Sequence record: SRR20825006_226
Reading direction: 5' to 3' (one strand)
DNA length: 64,000 nucleotides
The translations under genes were made by a program, and so were the position numbers. The notes beneath the pieces are model-generated. The model ran no database searches and was not told the DNA's origin. It saw only the letters and a list, made by a program, of their open reading frames with translations. Shown here piece by piece: positions 38,787 to 49,594 of the stretch (the stretch's first letter is position 1; each line of letters opens with the position of its first letter).

Positions 38787-39164
38787 CTACAAATGGGCTA
38801 TGCAACTGATTTCAACGAGCACATTTTTTGGTAAAGTTTGCACAGCTACTGTTTCTCGAGCAGGAGGTTCAGAAGTAAAATTACTTCCATATACTTCATT
38901 TACTTCGGCAAAGTCACCCATATCATCTAAAAATATAGAACACTTCACAACTTTAGAGAAATCGGATCCAGCCGCTTCAAGAACCGCTGAAAGGTTTTTC
39001 ATTACTTGAACAGCTTGTTCTTTAGCTGCTTTGCCAACTATTTCCATTGAACTTGGATCAAGAGGTATTTGTCCGGAACAATACACAACTCCATTAAGTA
39101 ATACTGCTTGGCTATATGGGCCGATGGCCTTAGGAGCCTTCTCTGTTGAAATAATTTTCTTCAT
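38787..39164 (-). CDS. ridA: RidA (YjgF/YER057c/UK114) enamine/imine deaminase
   Basis: APKAIGPYSQA, SGQIPLDP, NEVY, PARETV, LPKNVLVEI. Confidence 0.93.
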   Translation of the reverse strand: MKKIISTEKAPKAIGPYSQAVLLNGVVYCSGQIPLDPSSMEIVGKAAKEQAVQVMKNLSAVLEAAGSDFSKVVKCSIFLDDMGDFAEVNEVYGSNFTSEPPARETVAVQTLPKNVLVEISCIAHL

Positions 39165-39298
39165 AATTTATCCTATTTATAAAACTTAATATTAAATCTG
39201 TAAAGCTGTTTCCTTTTTTTGCGGAAAGCGCTTTATATAGTTACTTTTAACAACATATCAAAACAACTTGAAATCAACCACTCTCAATTTTTACAAAC

Positions 39299-40612
39299 AT
39301 GAAAAAGCTTATCAATAGCCTGCTTACCCTTACTGTTTTTACGGCCATGCTGGTGGGTTGCGGAGGTGATGAATCATTCATCGGCCAAGCAAAAAAAGGT
39401 GTTACATCTAAGGATTACCAAGCAACATTGGTTGCAGTAGATTCAATTTTAGCAAAAGACCCTAACAATGCAGAAGCTTATTACTACCGTGGCGTAGCTT
39501 ACGGCGAGATAGCAAATAATAACCCTGTTGTTGCAAACCGAAAAGATGCCTACCAGAAAATGAGAGACGCTTTAGTGTCTGCAATGGAGGTTACAAATGA
39601 CGAACCAATTAATCTAGTTGCGCTAAAATCTGAAGACCTTATTAGAAACAAATGGAGTGTTGAACACAACGCTGCTGTTCAGTTTGCAAGTGGCGATACT
39701 ACTTTAGCTCCTGTTGACAATCCATTAGAAATTGCAGTAGACCACTTACAGAATGCAGTTACTATTAATCCTGACAGTACACTTTCTTTTGAAGTTCTTG
39801 CTGAAGTTTATAGAATGAAAAAAGATTACAAAGGTGCAATTGGTGCTTTAACTGCAGTTATTGAAAAAAAGGAAGTTCCAGCTGCTTTTGACTTTAGCAA
39901 CCTTGCTTCTTTCTATATGCTTACTGAAAATTACGAATCTGCTGTTACGGTTCTCGAAGAAGCAATTGAGTTTTATCCTGATTCAGTGGATTTAGTTCAA
40001 AAAATCGCTGATTCTTACATGAAAACCGACCGAAAAGACGAAGCAATATCTGCTCTTGAAGATCTTATTGCTACAGATCCTAGTAACCCCCAATACCATC
40101 TAGTAATAGGAACACAGATATATATTATGGCTAGCGATATTAATGAAGAAATATCTGCTAGTTATGATAAAATCTTTGATTTAGACCGCAGCCTAAGAGG
40201 GCTAAAAGGCGCCGAAAAAACTAAGGTCGAAAAAAATATAGCTACGCTACGTAGTGACATTGCGGCAAAGCAGACAGAATCTGAAAAACTTACCACTCGT
40301 GCAATTTCAGAATTAAAGACGGTAACTGAACTTTTACCTGAAGAAGCACCTGCATATAATACTTTAGGTATTGTGTACCAGAACAAAGCAGCGTCTTTAT
40401 TTGAAGAACGTAATGCAACTACAGACAACAATCTAGCTGCAGATCTAGACAAAGAAGCCAAGGCTGAATTAACTAAAGCAATGAAGAGCTACGAGAAAGC
40501 AACTTCACTTGCACCAGACAATACTGACTATTGGACTTCATTATTTAGAGTGTATACCTCTCTAGGAATGAACGATAAAGCAGAAGCAGCTATGAAAAAA
40601 GCTGGAATGTAA
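39299..40612 (+). CDS. TPR-repeat lipoprotein
   Basis: Lipobox LVGC, multiple TPR-like units (AEAYYYRGVAY, PAYNTLGIVY). Confidence 0.8.
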   Translation: MKKLINSLLTLTVFTAMLVGCGGDESFIGQAKKGVTSKDYQATLVAVDSILAKDPNNAEAYYYRGVAYGEIANNNPVVANRKDAYQKMRDALVSAMEVTNDEPINLVALKSEDLIRNKWSVEHNAAVQFASGDTTLAPVDNPLEIAVDHLQNAVTINPDSTLSFEVLAEVYRMKKDYKGAIGALTAVIEKKEVPAAFDFSNLASFYMLTENYESAVTVLEEAIEFYPDSVDLVQKIADSYMKTDRKDEAISALEDLIATDPSNPQYHLVIGTQIYIMASDINEEISASYDKIFDLDRSLRGLKGAEKTKVEKNIATLRSDIAAKQTESEKLTTRAISELKTVTELLPEEAPAYNTLGIVYQNKAASLFEERNATTDNNLAADLDKEAKAELTKAMKSYEKATSLAPDNTDYWTSLFRVYTSLGMNDKAEAAMKKAGM

Positions 40613-40626
40613 TTTATATTATTAAT

Positions 40627-41820
40627 ATGATTTTATCCAACCATCCGTTTAATACCCGACTTGCAGGCCTTGTGCTTGCAATCGGGTTTTTTTGTTCTTG
40701 TGCTACTACTAATGTAAATGTAGACGCTTTAATAGCTGATAAAGACTATGATAGCGCCCTAAATGCAATAGAAGCTGAACTTGAAAAAAATCCCAATCAG
40801 CCAGACTTATACTATCTAAAAGCTACCATCAATGGTATGCTAGCCGATCATGTTTCTGTATCTGAAAGAAAGCCTTTCTACGAAAATATGATTGAGGCTT
40901 TAGATGAAACAAAAACCATGGCAATTGAAGATACTTCTTTTCAAGACAAGGTGGATAACCTAGCTTTGGGATATTGGACGAAAGAATACAATACTGGCCT
41001 TAAAAGTTATGAGGCCGGCAGTAAAAATAATGTTTATGACGAGTCTATTGCTCATTTCAAAAACTCTATCTCACTAAAGCCAACTGAAATCAAAGGCTAC
41101 AAATCACTTTCGATAGCCCAGTACAATTCTGGTGATGTTGATGTAGCTATTGCAACTTTAAACGAAGCTCGCTTTGTCGTTGAAAATGAAGCTGAACTGT
41201 TTGAAGACTTAGGCTTTCTTTACCTTGAGGTGGGAAATGCTGAACAATCGGCCTATTACTACAACTTAGCCAATACAGATATAGTTAAAAACAAAAATGT
41301 GGCATTTGGATTAGTTAACGCCTACATAGCTGCCGAGAATAATGCAGATGCGTTAGATTTATTAAATCAGTTAGTAAACTACTACCCCAAAGATGCCAAG
41401 CTACATAATGTTTACGGAACACAACTTTATAACGAAGCTTCTAGCCTATTTGAGGAACTTACTGCAGCTTATGTAACCTACGACTCTAGCTCTGTTGAGA
41501 GTATTAAAGTTGAAATTGAAGGCGTTTCAGAGTTAGCCGAAAAAGAATTTATAAAAGCATACTCAACAGACACTTCAGACGTTGAGTTTATTGAGAGCCT
41601 CGCTGTGTTCTATAATAACATGGCAGGAAATTATTTTTCATTAATGAAAACCTCTTTTGAGGAGGACAACTCAACCATAAAAGGCAAAGCACTTACCTTA
41701 GTTGATTTTGCAATCACTTATTACAACAATTTATCTGCACTTGCTCCTCAAAATGACCAAATTGATAACAAAATTCGAACTTTAAATACTTTAAAAAGTA
41801 GTTGGGCTAAGACCGAATGA
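40627..41820 (+). CDS. TPR-repeat lipoprotein, paralog-like to upstream gene
   Basis: Lipobox-like FCSC, NPNQPDLYYLKA, WTKEYNTG / YGTQLY matching WSVEHNAA / IGTQIY upstream. Confidence 0.75.
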   Translation: MILSNHPFNTRLAGLVLAIGFFCSCATTNVNVDALIADKDYDSALNAIEAELEKNPNQPDLYYLKATINGMLADHVSVSERKPFYENMIEALDETKTMAIEDTSFQDKVDNLALGYWTKEYNTGLKSYEAGSKNNVYDESIAHFKNSISLKPTEIKGYKSLSIAQYNSGDVDVAIATLNEARFVVENEAELFEDLGFLYLEVGNAEQSAYYYNLANTDIVKNKNVAFGLVNAYIAAENNADALDLLNQLVNYYPKDAKLHNVYGTQLYNEASSLFEELTAAYVTYDSSSVESIKVEIEGVSELAEKEFIKAYSTDTSDVEFIESLAVFYNNMAGNYFSLMKTSFEEDNSTIKGKALTLVDFAITYYNNLSALAPQNDQIDNKIRTLNTLKSSWAKTE

Positions 41821-42953
41821 AATTCAATACCAAAACTATTCACGCTGGGCAACACAACGAAGAAACTTCAGGCGCTGTAATGCCACCCATTTTTCAAACT
41901 TCCACTTTTGCACAGGAGGCGCCTAATGTACACCAAGGCTATGATTATGCTCGTGTAGGTAATCCTACAAGAACAGCTCTGGAGAAATTAATAGCTGGGC
42001 TTGAAGGTGCTGATGAGTGTGCTTGTTTTGCTAGTGGAGTTGCAGCGATGGATGCTTTGATGAAAATGTTTCGTCCAGGTGACCATATTATCGCTACAAA
42101 TGATTTGTATGGCGGTTCTTATCGTTTGTTTACTACTGTTTTTGAGCCATACGGCATTGATTTCTCTTTTATAGACATGACTGACATTAGCCTTGTTGAA
42201 AAGGAAATCCAACCCAATACAAAGCTACTTTGGATTGAAACACCAACAAATCCTCTTTTACGAGTTGTAGATATTAGGGCTTTAACTACGGTTGCAAAGG
42301 CTAATAATGTTCTTACCGTAGTTGATAATACTTTTGCATCTCCATATTTACAGCGCCCATTAGAGTTCGGTGCAGATGCTGTACTACATTCAGCAACAAA
42401 ATACCTTGCTGGTCACTCCGATGTAATTCATGGTGCTGTTGCATCATCTAATCAGGCCATCATGGAGAATTTGCGCTATCAAGTTAAAACTTGTGGTGCC
42501 GTACCTGGCCCAATGGATTGCTATCTCACTTTGAGAGGAATAAAAACTTTACATGTTAGAGTACAACGTGCCGTTGATAATGCTAAGAAAATTGCAACTT
42601 TCTTAGAGAATCATGAGCAAGTAGCTTCAGTATTTTACCCAGGATTAGAATCTCATCCTCAGCACAAGCTAGCGGCTAAACAGATGGATGATTTTGGAGG
42701 AATGGTTTCTTTTTCTCTGAAAGATGACTCTATTGAAGCTGCTATCAAATTTATGAGTAATACTAAAGTATTCACTCTTGCTGAAAGTTTGGGTGGTGTT
42801 GAATCTCTTATAAGTCACCCAGCCTCAATGACTCATGGCTCCATACCAAAAGAGATGCGTGAAAAAGCTGGACTCAAAGATTCTTTGATTCGACTTTCTG
42901 TAGGCATTGAAGATGTTGACGATCTTATAGATGATTTAAACAAAGCATTTTAA
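41817..42953 (+). CDS. Cystathionine gamma-lyase/synthase (Cys/Met metabolism PLP enzyme)
   Basis: PPIFQTSTF, YARVGNPT, DLYGG, ETPTNP, DNTF, SATKYLAGHSD, AESLGGVESL, RLSVGIE. Confidence 0.93.
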   Translation: MKFNTKTIHAGQHNEETSGAVMPPIFQTSTFAQEAPNVHQGYDYARVGNPTRTALEKLIAGLEGADECACFASGVAAMDALMKMFRPGDHIIATNDLYGGSYRLFTTVFEPYGIDFSFIDMTDISLVEKEIQPNTKLLWIETPTNPLLRVVDIRALTTVAKANNVLTVVDNTFASPYLQRPLEFGADAVLHSATKYLAGHSDVIHGAVASSNQAIMENLRYQVKTCGAVPGPMDCYLTLRGIKTLHVRVQRAVDNAKKIATFLENHEQVASVFYPGLESHPQHKLAAKQMDDFGGMVSFSLKDDSIEAAIKFMSNTKVFTLAESLGGVESLISHPASMTHGSIPKEMREKAGLKDSLIRLSVGIEDVDDLIDDLNKAF

Positions 42954-43035
42954 TAGAATTTAGCTGTAGTTTTTTAGTATCTTCTAGAGTGCAGAAAAGC
43001 GCTTTTTTAATCCAAATTCAATAAAATAGTTCTTC

Positions 43036-44214
43036 ATGAGAGATGTAGTAATTGTTGAAGCAAAACGTACTCCAATAGGTTCTTTTGGTGGAAGCTTAGC
43101 TTCGTTCACCGCGCCAGAACTAGGAAGTATGGCAATTCTTGAAGTAGTAAAATCTGGCGGTATCAAACCGGATGACGTTCAGGAAGTTGTTATGGGGAAT
43201 GTTTTATCTGCGGGTATTGGCCAAGCACCTGCACGTCAAGCTGCGTTAAAAGCTGGTCTCTCTGTTAAAACTCCTGCTACTACTGTTAATAAAGTATGTG
43301 CATCGGGTATGAAAGCAATTATGATTGCTGCCGACCAAATCCGTTTAGGAGAAGCTGATATAATTGTTGCTGGTGGAATGGAGAGTATGAGCAATGTGCC
43401 ATATTATTTGCCAAAGCAACGCTTCGGCTCAAAATATGGGCATGTACAATCGGAAGATGGGATATTGAAAGACGGCCTTTGGGATGTCTACAACGACTAT
43501 GCAATGGGAAATGCTGCAGAACTTTGTGCGAAAGAATGTAACATCTCAAGAGAACAACAAGACGACTTTGCAATAACTTCCTACAAAAGAGGGATGAATG
43601 CACAAAAAGAAGGCTATTTTGAAAATGAGCTTATAAAAGTCAAGATCACCGATCGCCGAGGTAATGTAACCATTGTTAATGAAGATGAAGAAATTGGTCG
43701 AGTTAATTTTGACAAAATACCAAGTTTACGACCTGTTTTTGACAAAGCAGGAACTGTGACTGCTGCAAATGCCTCAAGTATTAACGATGGTGCCGCAGCT
43801 CTTTTAATCATGAGTGCTGAAAAAGCTACTGAACTTGGGCTTAAACCTCTCGCAAAAATTCTAAGCTCTTCGAGTGCTGCTAAAGAACCAGAATGGTTTA
43901 CAACTGCTCCTTCTGATGCTATACCGATTGCATTAAAAAAAGCTGGTATATCCATCAAAGATGTTGATTTATTCGAAATTAATGAAGCATTTTCTGTTGT
44001 TTCAATTGCTAATAATCAAATTTTAAAACTGAATCATGAGAAAGTAAATATTCATGGTGGAGCAGTAAGTATTGGGCATCCTCTTGGCTGTTCAGGTGCG
44101 CGCATCGTTGTAACACTATTGCATGCACTCAAACGAACTGGTGGGAAATATGGTTGTGCAGGCATCTGTAATGGTGGCGGTGGCGCCTCTGCACTTGTGG
44201 TCGAAATGCTATAA
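43036..44214 (+). CDS. Acetyl-CoA C-acetyltransferase (thiolase)
   Basis: NKVCASGMKA, NEAF, GHPLGCSGAR, CNGGGGA. Confidence 0.95.
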   Translation: MRDVVIVEAKRTPIGSFGGSLASFTAPELGSMAILEVVKSGGIKPDDVQEVVMGNVLSAGIGQAPARQAALKAGLSVKTPATTVNKVCASGMKAIMIAADQIRLGEADIIVAGGMESMSNVPYYLPKQRFGSKYGHVQSEDGILKDGLWDVYNDYAMGNAAELCAKECNISREQQDDFAITSYKRGMNAQKEGYFENELIKVKITDRRGNVTIVNEDEEIGRVNFDKIPSLRPVFDKAGTVTAANASSINDGAAALLIMSAEKATELGLKPLAKILSSSSAAKEPEWFTTAPSDAIPIALKKAGISIKDVDLFEINEAFSVVSIANNQILKLNHEKVNIHGGAVSIGHPLGCSGARIVVTLLHALKRTGGKYGCAGICNGGGGASALVVEML

Positions 44215-44249
44215 TTTTAAAAAGAGTTGAAAAAAAGGCGCTTTTACAT

Positions 44250-44278
44250 TTGACATTATTCATTCTCTGGCATATAAT
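44250..44278 (+). promoter_or_regulatory. Perfect sigma70-consensus promoter upstream of porU
   Basis: TTGACA (44250-44255)-N17-TATAAT (44273-44278). Confidence 0.6.
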
Positions 44279-44477
44279 AACGTTAGACTTTGAACAAACC
44301 ATATTGAATCAGTAAAAACGCTACCCAACCAATAATTCAACATAACAGACTCCCAATCTGTAGGGATAATTTAATTCCTGTTTAAGTCTTAACTACTCAA
44401 AAGAAGAATATATACTACAACGCTACTATCTAAGCACAAATGTGCATTAAACATTTACTCTAGACCGTCATAAATTA

Positions 44478-47400
44478 ATGCGATTTAGTCCTCTACTTTT
44501 TTGTGGGTGGCTCTTACTAGTATGCTCAAATAGTGTTTTGGCACAAAGTATACAGGTGGTAGCTGAAACTTCTTCTTTCATAGATTATGAACTTAAGAAC
44601 GAAGAACTACGTGCATTGCCCCCTAGCTCTATGCTAGTTCCTTTTGTTAATGGTTCACCTCAATACAAAATACTTGAACAGTCGATAAGCACTAGTTCTA
44701 ATAGCCAAAACCTAAATAAGGCTAAATCATTACTCTTATCTTCTGACTCTTCGGCTGTTATAGAATTTTTTGAACCAGGACTTTTTAAAGGAAAAGAATT
44801 CTCTCCTATTCGAATTAATATAGCTCGCTATAATCAAAACGAACTTTTAGTTACTCGATATCTAAAATTCAGAGTATATAAAGCTACTAAACAATCGGCG
44901 TTGACCTTGGAAAAAGGCAAAAAAGCAGTTTCGTTACCCCTTGCAGCTGGAACGTGGTATAAGATTCCTATTTCAAAAAACGGAATTTACTCTATAGATC
45001 GCTCTTATCTTTCTGATCTAGGAATCGATCCAAATAGTATAAATCCTAAGAATATTCAGCTATGGGGAACTGGTGGAAAACTATTACCCGAAGCAAATAA
45101 CGAAACAAAACCTGAGTTTGTTCAAATACCCGTTATTGTGGAGGGTGAAGCTGATGCAAGTTTCGACCAGAACGATAGAGTTATCTTTTACGCAAACAGC
45201 CCCAACTTGTCATATCAAGTTGGTAACAACTTTCTTCATCAAGTCCATCCATATAGTACTGAGAGCTATATTTATCTAACCATTGCTTCTGATGCTGGTT
45301 TAAGGCTTACCCCTGCTAACAGCTCGTTAAGCTCCACATCTACTACCACCACTTTCGAAGATTTTATATGGAAAGACGATGAGCTCACAAAATCGGAATC
45401 CAAAATACGCTCAGGTAGAGAATGGCTTGGTCAAACAGTTAACTCCTCACAAAGCGGTAATTTTGTATCTATCTTCAAAGACACACTTTCCGGAATACTG
45501 CCAAACTCAACAGTAAAAATAGCTGGTAAATTTTATGGGCGTTCTTTAAGTCGCCTATATACAGATATAAAGCTAAATACTTCATCCCTATCTACTGTTT
45601 CGATTTCGTCCATTTCTGATTTTGACGCTAGTGAATATAGCTCTGCAAATAGTGTAACCTTCTCTAAATCAGTTACTCCAACTATTGAGAATGGAATACT
45701 TGACCTTCAGATTAAAACGAATTTCAATAGTTCAAACGATCAATTGTTTATAGATTGGTTGAGGATTGTTGTTCAGAGAGAACTTGTGCTTAATGACAAT
45801 AACTTATTGTTTAACACACCTTATAATTCTGACAATATTGAAGGAACTACATACATATTAAAGGGCTTCTCTACCCAGCCCTATGTAATGGATATTTCGA
45901 ATCCGATTTCGCCAAAGCTACTATCTGTATCTGCGTCTGGTAACGATTTTGAGCTCATTTATTATAGAGGCAGTAACCTACAGGTAATTGCTCAAAATAA
46001 CTTATTTAGCCCTAAGAAAGGGCAACTCATCCCAAATCAGAATATTAAAGAGCTTACAAACTATCCAGATTATATTGTTATTACCTCAGAGGAATTATTA
46101 TCTCAAGCTCTTGAGCTAGCAGAATATCGTTCTACTCAAGGCCTAATTCCATTAGTTGTTACTCAAAGCCAAATATTTAACGAGTTTTCTGGTGGCCTAA
46201 AAGATCCTTCTGCTTTAAGAGATTATGTGAAATACATTTATGATGAGGCACTTTCTAATGGGGAGTTACTTCCAAAATATTTACTTCTTTTTGGAGATAC
46301 TTCCTATGATCCCAAAGGAATAATTAAAAATGGTCTAACTAATCATGTAATTACGTATGAAAGTAAAGAATCGGTTCACAGAACAGGTACTTTTGGCACA
46401 GATGATTACTTTGCATACTTAGATGATAACGAAGGCAATTTTGGCAATGGTGGAACGTCAGATTCTTTCCTAATGGATATTGGTATAGGCAGAATACCAG
46501 TACAAACTTCATCCGAAGCAAGAGCTTACATTTCCAAGCTTAAAACATACGAAAACCCAAAAAATAAAGGTACTTGGCAAAGCCTTGTTACTTTTGCAGC
46601 AGACGATGACTTTCCCAAACCTCTTGAAAACAAAGATCTGCATACTTTCAACGCTGATCTTTCAGCTGAAATGATGAATGTAAACGAGCCTGGCATTCGC
46701 ATAAAAAAGATTTATGAATTTTCATATCCCATTGAGATTAATGGCACTGGTCGACAAATTCCAGAAGCTACTAAAGACTTAATGTCTACCATTAATAACG
46801 GAACCTTAGTTCTTAGTTATCTAGGCCATGGAAACGAACAAACGTTAACCGATGAAGAGCTCTTCACTTCTGATTACATTACTGATTTCACAAACAAAGA
46901 TAAATTATGTGTTCTTATAACTGCTACCTGTCAGTTTGGAAGATATGATGATACGGGTGCTCAATCTGGAGCGGAAAAATTCGTTTTAGCAACTAATGGT
47001 GGTGCCATCGCTTCATTTACAACCACTCGCGTTGTGTATACAGGCAGTTTAATTGGCACAAACACTAACTTTGCATTAAGCATAGCGCTTTCTCAAAAAA
47101 TGTCAGAGCGCAATCCTGATGGCACACCTAAGCGTTTAGGCGATATAGCTATGCAGACCAAAAATACTATTCTTGCTGGTTTTAATTCGCGAATCGGAGC
47201 CTCTCTAAATAATAAGAAATTTGTACTTTTGGGCGACCCTGCTAGTGTTTTCCAATTGCCATCAAAAAGAGCTCAGCTTTCAAGTATTTCAAATATTGAT
47301 GTACACAGCCAAGATACTCTTATTACCGTTAGAGCGTTAGATACAATTGAACTATCAGGAGCGATTTTGGATGCAAATGGCGCAACAGATACGCAATACA

Positions 47401-48380
47401 ACGGGCAGTCATCCGTAACTATTTATGATGCTCGCAGATCTATTAGTTTACCTGAACGTTCTTGGATAAACAACCCACAAACGGATTGTAATTTAGATGA
47501 TTGCGAATATTCTATTGAAAGTGACATTCTCTTTAAAGGTAAAGCAAATGTGGTTAATGGTCAGTTCACATTACCCGTTATTATTCCAAAAGACATTAGC
47601 TCGTCAGCAAATACAGGCAGAGTTCTTCTTTATGCTGAAGCTGACGGGAAAACCGCAAGTGGTGCGTACACAAACATTCGTTTTAATGGCTTAAATCCAG
47701 ATGCAGTTAACGATGGCACGGGCCCCGCATTAAATATTTTTTTAAACGATGAGAGTTTCATAAACGGAACACTCGTGAACAGTTCTCCATCTTTATATGT
47801 AGAACTAGAAGATGAATCAGGAATAAACACATCAGGAACAGGAGTTGGACATGAAATAATAGCTACTATCGATACCAAACCTCAACAAACAATAATCCTC
47901 AACGATTTTTATGAGGGCAATTTAAACAACTTTACAGGGGGGCGTATCGAGTATCCTCTGGATGAACTTCCAGAAGGTAGCTATACCCTTAAAGTTCGAG
48001 CATGGGACGTGCACAACAATCCTACTGAAAAAGAAATTTTCTTTGAAGTAGCTGCACAAGAAGAATTGGCTGTTCGGAATATTTACAACTATCCGAACCC
48101 AATGAATAACAAAACTTCTTTCACGTTTGAACATAACCAGCCTGGTAATCCGCTTGATGTATCCGTTAGGATATACACGTTAAGCGGCAAGCCAGTGCAG
48201 CATTTAAAAGAATCAATTATTACATCTAGTAATTATGCCAATATTTCATGGAATGGCCGTGACCGGGATAATGATCGCTTGGGCAACGGTACTTATATTT
48301 ATGTGCTTCGGGTTACAACAGATACCCCGAAAGGAAAACAATCAACAGAAAAAATCGAAAAGCTCGTAATCATAAGATAG
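44478..48380 (+). CDS. porU: Type IX secretion system sortase PorU (C25 peptidase)
   Basis: GTWYKI...GIY, FNEFSGG, YLLLFGD.SYD, DDYF, IGIGRIP, YLGHG and TATC catalytic dyad, LLGDP, KVRAWDVHNN, C-terminal YNYPNP CTD. Confidence 0.93.
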   Translation: MRFSPLLFCGWLLLVCSNSVLAQSIQVVAETSSFIDYELKNEELRALPPSSMLVPFVNGSPQYKILEQSISTSSNSQNLNKAKSLLLSSDSSAVIEFFEPGLFKGKEFSPIRINIARYNQNELLVTRYLKFRVYKATKQSALTLEKGKKAVSLPLAAGTWYKIPISKNGIYSIDRSYLSDLGIDPNSINPKNIQLWGTGGKLLPEANNETKPEFVQIPVIVEGEADASFDQNDRVIFYANSPNLSYQVGNNFLHQVHPYSTESYIYLTIASDAGLRLTPANSSLSSTSTTTTFEDFIWKDDELTKSESKIRSGREWLGQTVNSSQSGNFVSIFKDTLSGILPNSTVKIAGKFYGRSLSRLYTDIKLNTSSLSTVSISSISDFDASEYSSANSVTFSKSVTPTIENGILDLQIKTNFNSSNDQLFIDWLRIVVQRELVLNDNNLLFNTPYNSDNIEGTTYILKGFSTQPYVMDISNPISPKLLSVSASGNDFELIYYRGSNLQVIAQNNLFSPKKGQLIPNQNIKELTNYPDYIVITSEELLSQALELAEYRSTQGLIPLVVTQSQIFNEFSGGLKDPSALRDYVKYIYDEALSNGELLPKYLLLFGDTSYDPKGIIKNGLTNHVITYESKESVHRTGTFGTDDYFAYLDDNEGNFGNGGTSDSFLMDIGIGRIPVQTSSEARAYISKLKTYENPKNKGTWQSLVTFAADDDFPKPLENKDLHTFNADLSAEMMNVNEPGIRIKKIYEFSYPIEINGTGRQIPEATKDLMSTINNGTLVLSYLGHGNEQTLTDEELFTSDYITDFTNKDKLCVLITATCQFGRYDDTGAQSGAEKFVLATNGGAIASFTTTRVVYTGSLIGTNTNFALSIALSQKMSERNPDGTPKRLGDIAMQTKNTILAGFNSRIGASLNNKKFVLLGDPASVFQLPSKRAQLSSISNIDVHSQDTLITVRALDTIELSGAILDANGATDTQYNGQSSVTIYDARRSISLPERSWINNPQTDCNLDDCEYSIESDILFKGKANVVNGQFTLPVIIPKDISSSANTGRVLLYAEADGKTASGAYTNIRFNGLNPDAVNDGTGPALNIFLNDESFINGTLVNSSPSLYVELEDESGINTSGTGVGHEIIATIDTKPQQTIILNDFYEGNLNNFTGGRIEYPLDELPEGSYTLKVRAWDVHNNPTEKEIFFEVAAQEELAVRNIYNYPNPMNNKTSFTFEHNQPGNPLDVSVRIYTLSGKPVQHLKESIITSSNYANISWNGRDRDNDRLGNGTYIYVLRVTTDTPKGKQSTEKIEKLVIIR

Positions 48381-48437
48381 AGCACATTAATTTTCTATTA
48401 ATGCGTTATATTCATCATTAAAAAAACTATCAGTAGT

Positions 48438-49589
48438 ATGAAAAGGATATTATTTTTTATCACATTAGGGGTTTTTGTTTTAAACCCCCTACTCTCAAAA
48501 GCTCAGGTTGGAATTACAGGTGTTCCATTTCTTCAGATTGAACCAGATTCTCGTGGAGCAGGTATGGGTAACACTGGAGTAGCAATAGCCGATAACGCAT
48601 CTGCTATGTTTTGGAATCCTGCTGGTTTGGGATTTCAACGTGGTAACCAAGCTAGCATCACCCACTCAAACTGGCTAGCTAACTTTAATGTAAATGACCT
48701 TTTTTACGATTACGTAGTTATTAAACAATATGTAGAAGGCTTAGGTACTTTTGGTGGACATCTCACTTACTTAAACCTTGGTGAACAATCTCAAACAGCC
48801 GAAGATAGCCCTGATATTATTTCAAGGTTTAATAGTTATGAACTTGCTCTAGGACTTTCTTATGGTACCGAGGTTAATAAAAATCTTGCCTTAGGTAGTA
48901 GTTTACGTATCATTTACTCTAGTTTGGCTAGTGGGGCTCAGGTATCTGGGCAAAAAGTAAATCCGGGCACAAGTGTTGGCGTTGATTTAGCTATGCTTTA
49001 CCGCTCCGATACTTTTAACGTTGGTGCTGAATCTAAAGCCGAAGTTAGCTTTGGCTTGAACCTCTCAAATTTAGGGCCTGGTATTCAGTATTCTGATAAC
49101 GCCCAAAAAGATCCAATCCCAACTATTCTTCGTTTTGGTCCTGCTCTAAAACTTTCTTTAGACAAGGATAATATCAACGAGCTTACATTCGCTATAGACA
49201 TCTCCAAGGTAATGGCTAGAAAAGAGGGCTTTGAAGTTCCTAGTGGAGATTCAACTATTACCGAGTATAAATCGGTTGGAGCATTAAAAGCTCTAGTTGA
49301 TTCTTGGGGAAATTATGAGCGTTTGGACGGAAGAGGCCAAACTATTGATGTAGGTGTATTACAACAATTTATGATTGGTGCTGGTTTGGAATATTGGTAT
49401 AACCAGCGTTTTGCGCTTCGTGGTGGTTATTATTATGAAGACCCAAACAATGGCGATAGAAAGTATATTACTTTTGGTGCAGGACTTAGATACAACCAAT
49501 TTGGAGTTGATTTCAGTTATATAAAAACGTTGGAATCCGACCATCCGTTAGCAAATACTCTCCGATTTAGCATTCTTTTGAACTACTAG
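48438..49589 (+). CDS. porV: Type IX secretion system outer-membrane shuttle PorV
   Basis: VPFLQIEPDSRGAGMG, FWNPA, YLNLG, SNLGP, GLEYWY, LRGGYYYE, GDRKYITFGAG, HPLANTLRFS; follows porU. Confidence 0.92.
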   Translation: MKRILFFITLGVFVLNPLLSKAQVGITGVPFLQIEPDSRGAGMGNTGVAIADNASAMFWNPAGLGFQRGNQASITHSNWLANFNVNDLFYDYVVIKQYVEGLGTFGGHLTYLNLGEQSQTAEDSPDIISRFNSYELALGLSYGTEVNKNLALGSSLRIIYSSLASGAQVSGQKVNPGTSVGVDLAMLYRSDTFNVGAESKAEVSFGLNLSNLGPGIQYSDNAQKDPIPTILRFGPALKLSLDKDNINELTFAIDISKVMARKEGFEVPSGDSTITEYKSVGALKALVDSWGNYERLDGRGQTIDVGVLQQFMIGAGLEYWYNQRFALRGGYYYEDPNNGDRKYITFGAGLRYNQFGVDFSYIKTLESDHPLANTLRFSILLNY

Positions 49590-49594
49590 TGTAA

